Part shown: positions 1-9,844 of the stretch, piece after piece
Layout: every line of letters starts with the position of its first letter
How positions within the stretch are numbered: the stretch's first letter is position 1
Source: Escherichia coli
GTDB lineage: Bacteria; Pseudomonadota; Gammaproteobacteria; Enterobacterales; Enterobacteriaceae
NCBI RefSeq assembly: GCF_024502345.1
Contig: NZ_JALDNN010000001.1
Reading direction: 5' to 3' (one strand)
DNA length: 64,000 nucleotides
Program-made: the position numbers and the translations under genes
The notes under the pieces: model-generated
The model's input: only the letters and a program-made list of their open reading frames with translations
Databases searched by the model: none
Told to the model about the DNA's origin: nothing

Positions 1-144
1 CAGTTGATTACCTCGCGCACGCTGGAGGTGTTCACCATGTACCTGGCGGCTTCGCTCATCTACTGGATCATGGCGACAGTATTATCGACGTTGCAGAACC
101 ATTTTGAGAATCAACTTAATCGCCAGGAGAGAGAACCAAAATGA
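1..144 (+). CDS. tcyL: C-terminal fragment of cystine ABC transporter permease (5' end outside window)
   Basis: Open frame from window edge to TGA at 142-144, overlapping the start of the downstream ATPase gene; synteny with tcyN-sdiA. Confidence 0.6.
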   Translation, partial: QLITSRTLEVFTMYLAASLIYWIMATVLSTLQNHFENQLNRQEREPK

Positions 145-893
145 GTGCCATTGAAGTTAAGAACCTGGTGAAAAAATTTCACGGTCAGACGGTGCTGCAC
201 GGTATCGACCTTGAGGTAAAGCCTGGCGAAGTGGTGGCAATTATCGGTCCGAGTGGTTCCGGCAAAACCACGTTGCTACGTAGCATAAATCTGCTGGAAC
301 AACCGGAAGCGGGAACGATCACCGTTGGCGATATCACTATTGATACTGCACGTTCATTAAGTCAGCAAAAATCGCTGATTCGCCAGTTGCGTCAGCACGT
401 CGGGTTTGTCTTCCAGAACTTTAATTTGTTTCCGCATCGTACGGTGCTGGAAAACATTATTGAAGGGCCGGTGATCGTCAAAGGCGAACCGAAAGAAGAG
501 GCCACGGCGCGCGCTCGCGAGCTGCTGGCGAAAGTTGGGCTGGCCGGTAAAGAAACCAGCTATCCACGTCGTTTGTCTGGCGGTCAACAGCAGCGTGTTG
601 CGATTGCGCGTGCGCTGGCAATGCGTCCTGAGGTGATTTTGTTTGACGAGCCAACGTCAGCGCTGGATCCAGAGCTGGTGGGCGAAGTCCTGAACACAAT
701 CCGCCAGCTGGCGCAGGAAAAGCGCACGATGGTGATTGTGACGCACGAAATGAGCTTTGCCCGGGATGTTGCGGACCGGGCGATTTTTATGGACCAGGGG
801 CGGATAGTCGAGCAGGGGGCAGCAAAAGCGTTATTTGCCGATCCCCAGCAGCCTCGCACCCGACAGTTCCTCGAGAAGTTTCTGCTGCAATAA
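141..893 (+). CDS. tcyN: Cystine/amino-acid ABC transporter ATP-binding protein
   Basis: 250 aa; Walker A GPSGSGKTT, ABC signature LSGGQQQRVAIARAL, Walker B ILFDEPTSALD; synteny. Confidence 0.9.
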   Translation: MSAIEVKNLVKKFHGQTVLHGIDLEVKPGEVVAIIGPSGSGKTTLLRSINLLEQPEAGTITVGDITIDTARSLSQQKSLIRQLRQHVGFVFQNFNLFPHRTVLENIIEGPVIVKGEPKEEATARARELLAKVGLAGKETSYPRRLSGGQQQRVAIARALAMRPEVILFDEPTSALDPELVGEVLNTIRQLAQEKRTMVIVTHEMSFARDVADRAIFMDQGRIVEQGAAKALFADPQQPRTRQFLEKFLLQ

Positions 894-904
894 TAAGAAA
901 AAAT

Positions 905-935
905 CAGCCCCGACGATTCACCTGTCGGGGCGGGA
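905..935 (+). terminator. Hairpin downstream of tcyN (weak T-tract)
   Basis: Inverted repeat ccccgac...gtcgggg directly after the stop codon. Confidence 0.35.
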
Positions 936-1088
936 CGCCATTTCAAGCGTGATAAAACTGCTTAACAAATCAGCATAACTCATTAATAACATAAGAGAAT
1001 GCGATGGCTTGCAAAAGTAATTCATTGCCTGAATAATATAAATTATATATAAATCTTATTTATGTGATAGTTTGAATTATCATTATAA

Positions 1089-1844
1089 ATGATACTCACT
1101 CTCAGGGGCGTTGCGGTTTACTATGCAGATACGGATTTTTTCAGCTGGCGTCGCACGATGCTGTTGCGTTTTCAGAGGATGGAGGCCGCAGAAGAGGTCT
1201 ACCATGAAATAGAGCTTCAGGCTCAGCAGCTGGAGTACGATTACTATTCGTTATGTGTTCGCCACCCGGTACCATTCACGCGACCTAAAGTGGCTTTCTA
1301 CACCAATTACCCTGAGTCGTGGGTTAGTTATTATCAGGCAAAAAATTTTCTCGCAATTGATCCTGTGCTGAACCCTGAAAACTTTAGTCAGGGCCATTTA
1401 ATGTGGAATGATGACTTATTCAGCGAAGCACAGCCATTATGGGAAGCCGCGCACGCACATGGTTTACGCCGCGGTGTCACTCAGTATTTAATGCTGCCAA
1501 ATCGGGCGCTGGGCTTTTTGTCCTTTTCCTGTTGCAGCACGCGCAAAATACCCATTCTTAGTGATGAACTGCAATTAAAAATGCAGTTACTGGTGCGCGA
1601 AAGTCTGATGGCTCTGATGCGCTTAAATGATGAAATAGTGATGACGCCAGAGATGAATTTCAGCAAGCGCGAAAAAGAAATTCTGAAATGGACGGCGGAA
1701 GGGAAGACATCAGCAGAGATAGCGATGATTTTGTCAATCTCTGAGAATACGGTCAATTTCCATCAGAAAAACATGCAGAAAAAAATCAATGCACCAAATA
1801 AGACCCAGGTGGCCTGTTACGCGGCCGCTACTGGCTTAATTTGA
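1089..1844 (+). CDS. sdiA: LuxR-family quorum-sensing regulator SdiA; start codon uncertain (see findings)
   Basis: Long frame with autoinducer-binding N-domain and C-terminal LuxR HTH (SISENTVNFHQKNMQKKI); the expected ATG at 1123 is out of frame with the body. Confidence 0.8.
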   Translation: MILTLRGVAVYYADTDFFSWRRTMLLRFQRMEAAEEVYHEIELQAQQLEYDYYSLCVRHPVPFTRPKVAFYTNYPESWVSYYQAKNFLAIDPVLNPENFSQGHLMWNDDLFSEAQPLWEAAHAHGLRRGVTQYLMLPNRALGFLSFSCCSTRKIPILSDELQLKMQLLVRESLMALMRLNDEIVMTPEMNFSKREKEILKWTAEGKTSAEIAMILSISENTVNFHQKNMQKKINAPNKTQVACYAAATGLI

Positions 1845-1870
1845 TCGCTTTTCTTTCTGCGTGCCAGATG

Positions 1871-1910
1871 CAAAAACCGGCTGAAAGGCACGCTCTCAGC
1901 CGGTTTTATA
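1871..1910. terminator. Bidirectional rho-independent terminator between convergent sdiA and yecF
   Basis: Hairpin aaccggctga...tcagccggtt followed by T-run. Confidence 0.6.
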
Positions 1911-2135
1911 TTACTGACGGTAGGCTTGTTTAATTTGCTTAACCGTTTTGGAAAATACTGCAGCCTGGGTTTCGTCTTCGATCAGCGCAAGCTGTTTTTC
2001 CATCTTTAACATCACGCGGCCCGCGTCAGCTTGTCCCATCGCCTGCAGCATCAGCGTCAGCATCGCTTTCAGGCAGGAGACTTCATTTGCCAGTTCTTGA
2101 TTATTCTCGGCAGTAGAAAAATCAGGCGTACTCAT
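1911..2135 (-). CDS. yecF: Small conserved protein YecF (DUF2594)
   Basis: 74-aa ORF at the conserved position between sdiA and uvrY. Confidence 0.75.
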
Positions 2136-2462
2136 TTATTTTCCTCGTCATGTTGCAATGAAAATTTGCGGTGAAAAATGTTAAGGCGGCGGAGTATACC
2201 ATAAGCTTTGCTAAAAATAGCAGTGGTTGTTTTTTGAGCGTGATATCGGCAGTGCTATAAAATACGTTAATATAATGACCAATAAATATTTTTATCATGA
2301 ATGTTTTTTGCCCGTATTGTTCGGGTTAATTAATGTTACATATTCAGCGGGCTGATTTTCATTTTTGCTGAATAAAGTCAATTTTTGTCACATTTCATCG
2401 CCGGGCTTACTGTGAAACGATCCCGGAAGCCGTTGGTGACGGGCGTGACCATAACTGTGGAC

Positions 2463-2471
2463 AATCGAATT
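2463..2471. repeat. 9-bp target-site duplication (left) of IS903-family insertion
   Basis: aatcgaatt immediately outside the left IR; identical copy at 3529-3537. Confidence 0.85.
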
Positions 2472-3528
2472 GGCTTTGTTGAATAAATCAGATTTCGGGT
2501 AAGTCTCCCCCGTAGCGGGTTGTGTTTTCAGGCAATACGCACGCTTTCAGGCATACCTGCTTTCGTCATTTTGTTCAGCGCTCGTACCAGGGCCATAGCC
2601 TCTGCAACCTGACCATCGTAGTCACGCAGTGTCAGTGAACCCCCGAACAGCTGTTTTACCCGGTACATCGCCGTTTCCGCTATCGAGCGACGGTTGTAAT
2701 CTGTTGTCCATTTCCACCGCGCATTACTCCCGGTCATTCGCTGATTAGCCACTGCACGGTTACGGTCTGCATATTCACCGGGCCAGTAACCCGCACCTTT
2801 TCGGGGAGGGATAAGCGCGCTGATTTTCTTACGCCGCAGTTCATCGTGACATAGCCGGGTATCGTAAGCGCCATCGGCGGCGGCTGACCTGATTTTCCGG
2901 TGGGTTTGCCGGATTAACCCGGGGAAGGCCTCTGAGTCCGTAACGTTGTTCAGCGACAGGTCAGCGCAGATGATTTCATGTGTTTTACTGTCAACGGCGA
3001 GATGCAGCTTACGCCAGATACGGCGGCGTTCCTGGCCATGCTTTTTGACTTTCCACTCGCCTTCACCGAAGACCTTCAGCCCGGTGGAATCAATTACCAG
3101 GTGTGCGATTTCACCCCGGGTGGGCGTTTTGAAACTGACATTAACCGACTTTGCCCGCCTGCTGACACAGCTGTAATCCGGGCAGCGTAGCGGAACGTTC
3201 ATCAGAGAAAAAATGGAATCAATAAAGCCCTGCGCAGCGCGCAGGGTCAGCCTGAATACGCGTTTAATGACCAGCACAGTCGTGATGGCAAGGTCAGAAT
3301 AGCGCTGAGGTCTGCCTCGTGAAGAAGGTGTTGCTGACTCATACCAGGCCTGAATAGCTTCATCATCCAGCCAGAAAGTTATGGAGCCACGGTTGATGAG
3401 GGCTTTATTGTAGGTGGGCCAGTTGGTGATTTTGAACTTTTGCTTTGCCACGGAACGGTCTGCGTTGTCGGGAAGATACGTGATCTGATCCTTCAACTCA
3501 GCAAAAGTTCGATTTATTCAACAAAGCC
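2472..3528 (-). mobile_element. IS903-family (IS5 family) insertion sequence, 1057 bp
   Basis: Terminal inverted repeats ggctttgttgaataaatc (2472-2489) and its reverse complement (3511-3528); single DDE transposase ORF; flanked by perfect 9-bp direct repeats. Confidence 0.9.
2528..3496 (-). CDS. IS903-family DDE transposase
   Basis: 322-aa ORF filling the IS; N-terminal ...KITNWPTYNKALINRGS... typical of the IS903 group. Confidence 0.85.
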   Translation of the reverse strand: MKDQITYLPDNADRSVAKQKFKITNWPTYNKALINRGSITFWLDDEAIQAWYESATPSSRGRPQRYSDLAITTVLVIKRVFRLTLRAAQGFIDSIFSLMNVPLRCPDYSCVSRRAKSVNVSFKTPTRGEIAHLVIDSTGLKVFGEGEWKVKKHGQERRRIWRKLHLAVDSKTHEIICADLSLNNVTDSEAFPGLIRQTHRKIRSAAADGAYDTRLCHDELRRKKISALIPPRKGAGYWPGEYADRNRAVANQRMTGSNARWKWTTDYNRRSIAETAMYRVKQLFGGSLTLRDYDGQVAEAMALVRALNKMTKAGMPESVRIA

Positions 3529-3537
3529 AATCGAATT
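3529..3537. repeat. 9-bp target-site duplication (right) of IS903-family insertion
   Basis: aatcgaatt, identical to 2463-2471. Confidence 0.85.
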
Positions 3538-3659
3538 TACAAAAACGAGAGAAAAATCGAATACCCACCATTTTTAACGTTTCAAAGTTGCAATAAAAAC
3601 CGCTAATATACGAATGACTAACTATCAGTAGCGTTATCCCTATTTCTGGAGATATTCCT

Positions 3660-4316
3660 TTGATCAACGTTCTACTTGTTGATGACCACGAACTGGTGCG
3701 CGCAGGGATACGACGCATTCTGGAAGATATAAAGGGTATAAAAGTCGTCGGTGAGGCATCGTGCGGTGAAGACGCCGTTAAGTGGTGCCGGACAAATGCC
3801 GTTGACGTGGTGCTAATGGACATGAGTATGCCGGGCATTGGCGGTCTTGAGGCGACGCGTAAAATCGCGCGTTCCACAGCTGATGTCAAAATCATCATGC
3901 TTACCGTCCATACAGAAAACCCTTTACCAGCGAAAGTCATGCAGGCCGGTGCTGCGGGCTACCTCAGCAAAGGCGCGGCTCCGCAGGAAGTCGTGAGTGC
4001 GATTCGTTCTGTCTATTCAGGGCAGCGTTACATTGCTTCTGACATCGCTCAACAAATGGCGTTAAGCCAGATCGAACCAGAAAAAACAGAAAGCCCATTT
4101 GCCAGTTTGTCTGAACGTGAATTGCAGATTATGCTGATGATCACCAAGGGCCAGAAGGTCAATGAGATCTCAGAACAGCTCAATCTCAGTCCGAAAACGG
4201 TGAACAGCTACCGCTATCGTATGTTCAGTAAACTAAACATTCATGGCGATGTTGAGCTGACTCACCTGGCAATTCGCCATGGTCTGTGTAATGCGGAGAC
4301 ATTATCAAGTCAGTGA
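3660..4316 (+). CDS. uvrY: Response regulator UvrY (BarA/UvrY two-component system), TTG start
   Basis: 218 aa; receiver domain (LLVDDH...D54 region) plus C-terminal LuxR-type HTH; stop overlaps uvrC start. Confidence 0.9.
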
Positions 4317-6145
4317 GTGATCAGTTTGACGCAAAAGCGTTTTTAAAAACCGTAACCAGCCAGCCAGGCGTTTATCGCATGTACGATGCTGGTGGTACGG
4401 TTATCTATGTCGGCAAAGCGAAAGACCTGAAAAAACGGCTTTCCAGCTATTTCCGTAGCAACCTCGCTTCGCGCAAAACCGAAGCGCTGGTCGCCCAGAT
4501 CCAGCAAATTGATGTAACGGTTACTCACACAGAAACCGAAGCGCTGTTGCTGGAACACAACTACATCAAACTCTATCAGCCGCGTTACAACGTTTTGCTA
4601 CGCGATGATAAATCATATCCTTTTATCTTCCTGAGTGGTGATACCCACCCGCGTCTGGCGATGCATCGTGGTGCGAAGCATGCCAAAGGTGAATATTTCG
4701 GCCCGTTCCCGAATGGCTATGCCGTACGTGAAACACTGGCGCTACTGCAAAAGATATTCCCCATTCGCCAGTGCGAAAATAGTGTTTATCGCAATCGCTC
4801 GCGTCCGTGTCTGCAATATCAGATAGGGCGCTGTCTGGGACCGTGCGTTGAAGGACTGGTGAGTGAAGAAGAATACGCTCAGCAGGTCGAGTATGTGCGC
4901 CTGTTTTTGTCTGGCAAAGATGATCAGGTGCTTACGCAACTCATTAGCCGTATGGAAACTGCCAGCCAGAATCTGGAGTTTGAAGAAGCTGCACGTATTC
5001 GCGACCAAATTCAGGCGGTGCGACGCGTCACCGAAAAACAATTCGTTTCCAATACCGGCGACGACCTCGACGTTATTGGTGTGGCGTTCGATGCGGGCAT
5101 GGCTTGTGTCCACGTATTGTTCATTCGTCAGGGCAAAGTGCTCGGCAGCCGCAGCTATTTCCCGAAAGTGCCTGGCGGTACGGAACTGAGCGAGGTGGTA
5201 GAAACCTTCGTAGGCCAGTTCTATTTACAAGGCAGCCAGATGCGCACCTTACCGGGTGAGATCCTGCTCGATTTTAATCTTAGCGATAAAACGCTGCTCG
5301 CCGATTCCCTTTCAGAACTGGCGGGACGCAAGATTAATGTTCAAACCAAACCTCGCGGCGATAGGGCGCGTTATCTGAAACTCGCGCGCACCAATGCGGC
5401 GACGGCCTTAACCAGCAAACTTTCGCAGCAATCTACCGTTCACCAGCGACTGACCGCGCTTGCCAGCGTGTTGAAATTGCCGGAAGTGAAGCGGATGGAG
5501 TGCTTTGACATCAGCCATACCATGGGCGAACAAACCGTCGCTTCCTGTGTGGTGTTTGATGCTAACGGCCCGCTGCGTGCGGAGTATCGGCGCTATAACA
5601 TTACAGGCATCACGCCGGGCGATGATTATGCGGCGATGAATCAGGTGCTGCGTCGGCGTTATGGTAAAGCCATTGACGACAGTAAGATCCCGGATGTGAT
5701 CCTTATCGACGGCGGCAAAGGCCAGCTTGCGCAGGCGAAAAATGTCTTCGCCGAACTGGATGTCTCATGGGATAAAAATCATCCACTGCTACTTGGCGTT
5801 GCCAAAGGAGCAGATCGTAAGGCTGGGCTGGAAACACTGTTCTTTGAGCCGGAAGGTGAGGGATTCAGTTTGCCGCCAGATTCTCCCGCGCTGCATGTTA
5901 TCCAGCATATTCGCGATGAATCACACGATCACGCGATTGGCGGGCACCGTAAAAAACGGGCGAAGGTCAAAAATACCAGCTCCCTGGAAACCATTGAAGG
6001 CGTCGGGCCAAAACGTCGGCAAATGTTGTTGAAATATATGGGCGGTTTGCAAGGTTTACGTAACGCCAGCGTCGAGGAAATTGCAAAAGTGCCGGGTATT
6101 TCGCAAGGTCTGGCAGAAAAGATCTTCTGGTCGTTGAAACATTGA
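4313..6145 (+). CDS. uvrC: Excinuclease ABC subunit C, GTG start
   Basis: 610 aa; GIY-YIG N-terminal motif (GVYRMYD...YVGKA), C-terminal HhH; overlaps uvrY stop. Confidence 0.92.
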
Positions 6146-6201
6146 TGTCTCTGTAGCAACATAGGGGTAATCTTACTGACAACAGATAGTTACCCGTCAT
6201 T

Positions 6202-6750
6202 ATGCAATTTAATATCCCTACGTTGCTTACACTGTTCCGTGTCATCCTTATCCCATTCTTTGTATTGGTCTTTTATCTGCCTGTCACCTGGTCGCCGTTT
6301 GCCGCCGCGCTCATTTTCTGCGTCGCGGCGGTGACTGACTGGTTCGATGGTTTTCTGGCACGCCGCTGGAACCAGAGTACCCGGTTTGGTGCTTTCCTTG
6401 ACCCTGTCGCAGATAAAGTTCTCGTGGCTATCGCCATGGTGCTGGTAACCGAGCATTATCACAGCTGGTGGGTGACCTTACCGGCAGCAACGATGATCGC
6501 CCGTGAAATTATTATTTCTGCGCTACGCGAATGGATGGCGGAGTTGGGTAAACGCAGTAGCGTGGCTGTCTCCTGGATTGGGAAAGTGAAAACCACTGCC
6601 CAGATGGTGGCGTTGGCATGGCTGCTGTGGCGTCCGAACATTTGGGTTGAGTACGCCGGTATTGCACTTTTCTTTGTGGCTGCGGTACTGACTCTGTGGT
6701 CAATGTTGCAATATTTGAGCGCTGCGCGTGCAGATTTGCTTGATCAGTGA
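6202..6750 (+). CDS. pgsA: CDP-diacylglycerol--glycerol-3-phosphate 3-phosphatidyltransferase
   Basis: 182-aa membrane protein with CDP-alcohol phosphatidyltransferase motif D...G...A...G...D...D ([10 protein letters not shown]). Confidence 0.9.
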
Positions 6751-6800
6751 TCGTTTCGGCGCAATTTTCAGCAAACGATCAAAAGTGGTGAAAAATATCG

Positions 6801-6828
6801 TTGACTCATCGCGCCAGGTAAGTAGAAT
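6801..6828 (+). promoter_or_regulatory. Putative sigma70 promoter of the glyW-cysT-leuZ tRNA operon
   Basis: ttgact (6801-6806), 16-nt spacer, tagaat (6823-6828), about 75 nt upstream of tRNA-Gly. Confidence 0.5.
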
Positions 6829-6901
6829 GCAACGCATCGAACGGCGGCACTGATTGCCAGACGATAATAAAATCAAGTGATTAACTGATTGCTTGATGAA
6901 T

Positions 6902-6977
<76 letters not shown>

Positions 6978-7031
6978 GTTTAAAAGACATCGGCCTCAAG
7001 CGGATGTCTGGCTGAAAGGCCTGAAGAATTT

Positions 7032-7105
7032 GGCGCGTTAACAAAGCGGTTATGTAGCGGATTGCAAATCCGTCTAGTCCGGTTCGACTCCGGAACGCGC
7101 CTCCA
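7032..7105 (+). tRNA. cysT: tRNA-Cys (anticodon GCA)
   Basis: 74 nt ending CCA; anticodon loop gattGCAaatc. Confidence 0.93.
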
Positions 7106-7117
7106 CTTTCTTCCCGA

Positions 7118-7204
7118 GCCCGGATGGTGGAATCGGTAGACACAAGGGATTTAAAATCCCTCGGCGTTCGCGCTGTGTGGGTTCAAGTCCCACTCCGGGT
7201 ACCA
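7118..7204 (+). tRNA. leuZ: tRNA-Leu (anticodon UAA), long variable arm; 3' half is the integration site of the element
   Basis: 87 nt ending CCA; anticodon loop gatttTAAaatcc; T-stem carries a compensatory U-A pair relative to the displaced copy at 34590-34645. Confidence 0.9.
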
Positions 7205-7276
7205 TGGGAAACATCAGAATAATCAAAGCAATAAGCAGTGTCGTTAAACCACCTCCGGGTGGTTTTTTTGTGCCTG
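7149..7276 (+). repeat. attL: direct repeat covering the 3' 56 nt of tRNA-Leu plus terminator
   Basis: About 128 bp, roughly 95% identical to 34590-34719. Confidence 0.85.
7246..7269 (+). terminator. Rho-independent terminator after leuZ
   Basis: Hairpin accacctccgggtggt followed by T7. Confidence 0.7.
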
Positions 7277-7445
7277 AAATTCATGTCCTGTGCATATCCT
7301 GTGCTCACGGGGTGCGATGAGCTGCAATCTCCAGCCTGGCAATGACGAATCGAACGTGTCGCCTCCAGCATAGAGAACCAGGCCGCTTTGCCTGTTTTCC
7401 GGTACGCTTCCGGGAAGGGGGGCCTGCTGAGCAAGCTGTAATGCT

Positions 7446-8186
7446 CTAGCCACCCTGAGTACAAAGTTGCTTAATTCGTGCAATCACCTCATCTCTGTAC
7501 TTCTGGTGTCCGCGCATAGCCCGTGGATGGGCAATTCTGAAACAGATTGCATTACCTGTTTTGAACTCCCATAGCTTCCCCGGAATGACTGAAGAAGTCT
7601 CATAGCCGCCCAGCTCAGTAAGCACCTGTTTTATGATGTAGTCTGTTCTCCGGGCTCCAGATGCAAAGATGATGAAATCAGGCTCAAGGTGTTTAATTTG
7701 TACCGCCAGCAGCTTCAGCGAGGCTAATATGACTTCCTGCACTTCATTTTGAGGGCGATTGAGAGGGGTCAGTCCGTCGTAATCCCACGCCAGTAGATTG
7801 GCATACACGATTGCCTGGGGAAGAATATTAAGCTCCCGGGCCAGCCTGAAATGATATTGCGTGAAGCGGCTACGTGATTTGAGGTTGGTGGTGCCATCAT
7901 TTTGTACCGGAAGATGATTCCTGTAACGATCTACAGCTTCTTCAACCACCTGCCCGATGGTGACGTCAGGTATAAGTCCCAACACCCGTGATATCGTATT
8001 CTTACCATTCAGCGTATTCCAGCCTGCGGTTTCACGTCCAACCAGCATGATTTTTATCGGTGAATGCCAGTATTCTTCAAACGGCACGGGTAAAAAGACG
8101 CCTGAGTATTTATCTTCATTCAGGTTAAATGACTGGGCGTCAACTTCCTGTAATATCCGTTTGTACGCGTCTAATAGCTTTTCCAT
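7446..8186 (-). CDS. Uracil-DNA glycosylase superfamily protein (UDG-like)
   Basis: 246 aa; KIMLVGRETAG resembles the family-4 UDG motif-A region and FRIAHPRAM resembles motif B (HPS-like). Confidence 0.5.
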   Translation of the reverse strand: MEKLLDAYKRILQEVDAQSFNLNEDKYSGVFLPVPFEEYWHSPIKIMLVGRETAGWNTLNGKNTISRVLGLIPDVTIGQVVEEAVDRYRNHLPVQNDGTTNLKSRSRFTQYHFRLARELNILPQAIVYANLLAWDYDGLTPLNRPQNEVQEVILASLKLLAVQIKHLEPDFIIFASGARRTDYIIKQVLTELGGYETSSVIPGKLWEFKTGNAICFRIAHPRAMRGHQKYRDEVIARIKQLCTQGG

Positions 8187-8266
8187 TCTTCAATCCTGCC
8201 CCGTAATAAAAACACCTTCAGATATATATTATCTCCATGATATCAATCAGATACATGAGGATAAAT

Positions 8267-9484
8267 ATGCAAAAATCCTTCCGATTCACCAATTCATCCA
8301 TCAAAGCCCTTCCGGCAAACACAGATACCCGATCTACAGAGCTTGAGGTATCAGATACCGAGGTCATAGGCCTCAAATGTCTCTCAGGTCGAACGGGTAA
8401 CAAACGTTTCCTCCTGCGCTACACATTCCACGGTACCAAAAAAAGTATCAGTATTGGCAGATTCCCTGAAATCGATGTGGGGACAGCCCGTCAGATAGCT
8501 CGCCGTCATAAGGAGGCGATTGCACTTGGAAATGACCCCAAGGCAGAGCGCGATAATTATCGTGCGATGCCAACGCTTAGTGAGTTTTTTCACCTGACCT
8601 ATGTTCCGTTCATCAAGCGCCATAAAAAGTCCTGGGATAAGGATGTTCAGCGTTTCACGCAATACATTGAACCTCGTCTGGGGAAGATACGTTACTGCGA
8701 TCTCAGGGCCAGAGAGATACAACAGGTGCTGTTTGACATGCTGGAGGGGCGTATTCACGGGCAGCAATATGCGCCGTCTACCTGTAACAGAGCCCTTGCT
8801 ATTCTGAAAACGATGGGGCGTTATGCGTTGCGACAGGATGTGCTGGAAAAGAATGAAGCCGATAAGATCCCTTTACTGAAAGAGAATAATCAGCGGACGC
8901 GCTTTTTTGATGCTGATGAGATCAGGCGCATTCTTGACGCTGCTACCCAATATCCCAACAAAGCTGCCGGGGGATTGATAGCCATGTTGTTGTTAACCGG
9001 TACACGCAAATCAGAAATGCTTAATGTCAGGCATGAACATATCGACCGGGCCAATCGTACTCTGTTCATTCCTTATACAAAAAATGGTCGCAGTCGGACG
9101 GTATATCTAAGCGATGCAGCATTATCGATTATTGATGCTATCCCACGAGTTGGCAGTAATCCGTATCTGTTCGCCATTAAGGATAATGGAAAACCGATAT
9201 CGGAACCCCGATGGGCATATGAAAAAATACTGGCACAGTGCGGTATAGACAAGAATGAAGTCTGTTTTCACACCACACGTCATTCTGTTGCCTCTTTACT
9301 GGTTTCGAGTGGTCAATTCAGCCTGTATGACGTTAAAGCACAACTGGCGCATGCCAGTATTCAAAGTACGGAGCGCTACGCGAAATTGACACCAGAGCGT
9401 ATGCGTCAGACCGGGCAGGGCGTAACTGACCTTCTTTTGAACACCGTTACTGCCGGTAACAATGATGATTTTAGCACCCCTTGA
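8267..9484 (+). CDS. Tyrosine recombinase / integrase (P4-like); alternative upstream ATGs at 8237 and 8255
   Basis: Catalytic signature TGTRKSE (R), HTTRHSVAS (HxxR), ERYAKL (Y); RBS gagga before ATG 8267; adjacent to tRNA att site. Confidence 0.85.
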   Translation: MQKSFRFTNSSIKALPANTDTRSTELEVSDTEVIGLKCLSGRTGNKRFLLRYTFHGTKKSISIGRFPEIDVGTARQIARRHKEAIALGNDPKAERDNYRAMPTLSEFFHLTYVPFIKRHKKSWDKDVQRFTQYIEPRLGKIRYCDLRAREIQQVLFDMLEGRIHGQQYAPSTCNRALAILKTMGRYALRQDVLEKNEADKIPLLKENNQRTRFFDADEIRRILDAATQYPNKAAGGLIAMLLLTGTRKSEMLNVRHEHIDRANRTLFIPYTKNGRSRTVYLSDAALSIIDAIPRVGSNPYLFAIKDNGKPISEPRWAYEKILAQCGIDKNEVCFHTTRHSVASLLVSSGQFSLYDVKAQLAHASIQSTERYAKLTPERMRQTGQGVTDLLLNTVTAGNNDDFSTP

Positions 9485-9493
9485 ACGTGGAGT

Positions 9494-9751
9494 ATGAGTA
9501 TGCCGTTAAAATGTCCTAAGTGTGGTAGCCGAAATACAGTGACAGAAACTGCCGGAAAGATAGCAGAAGTGACTCGCGATGACCGGTTCCTGACATCGAC
9601 ATCCGGTTATATTAGCCCGGAGCAATTACCAGAATTGCTTAAAGAAATCATCAGGGCGATACAACGTCTCTTTAGATTCCTTGAACAGCGTGAAAGGAAT
9701 AATGCGCCAGTGCTGATCTGCAAGGATTGTGGATATTATGAAAGAATATAG
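9494..9751 (+). CDS. Small zinc-ribbon protein (CxxC...CxxC), function unknown
   Basis: 85 aa with CPKCGS ... CKDCGY; translationally coupled to the integrase gene. Confidence 0.5.
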   Translation: MSMPLKCPKCGSRNTVTETAGKIAEVTRDDRFLTSTSGYISPEQLPELLKEIIRAIQRLFRFLEQRERNNAPVLICKDCGYYERI

Positions 9752-9796
9752 ATGACCACTGAAGGCAATTCCAGATTCTTTAGCCTGTCTATGTAA

Positions 9797-9826
9797 CCCC
9801 GATACTTAAAACGTATCGGGTTTTTT
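9797..9826 (+). terminator. Rho-independent terminator
   Basis: Hairpin cccgatac...gtatcggg followed by T6. Confidence 0.6.
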
Positions 9827-9844
9827 GTTTATGAGGATTATTCA

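Noticed and set aside
357-946. Minus-strand ORFs (76-120 aa) overlapping tcyN
   Set aside because: Fully antisense to a well-supported ABC ATPase gene, with no RBS or conserved motifs; typical shadow ORFs.
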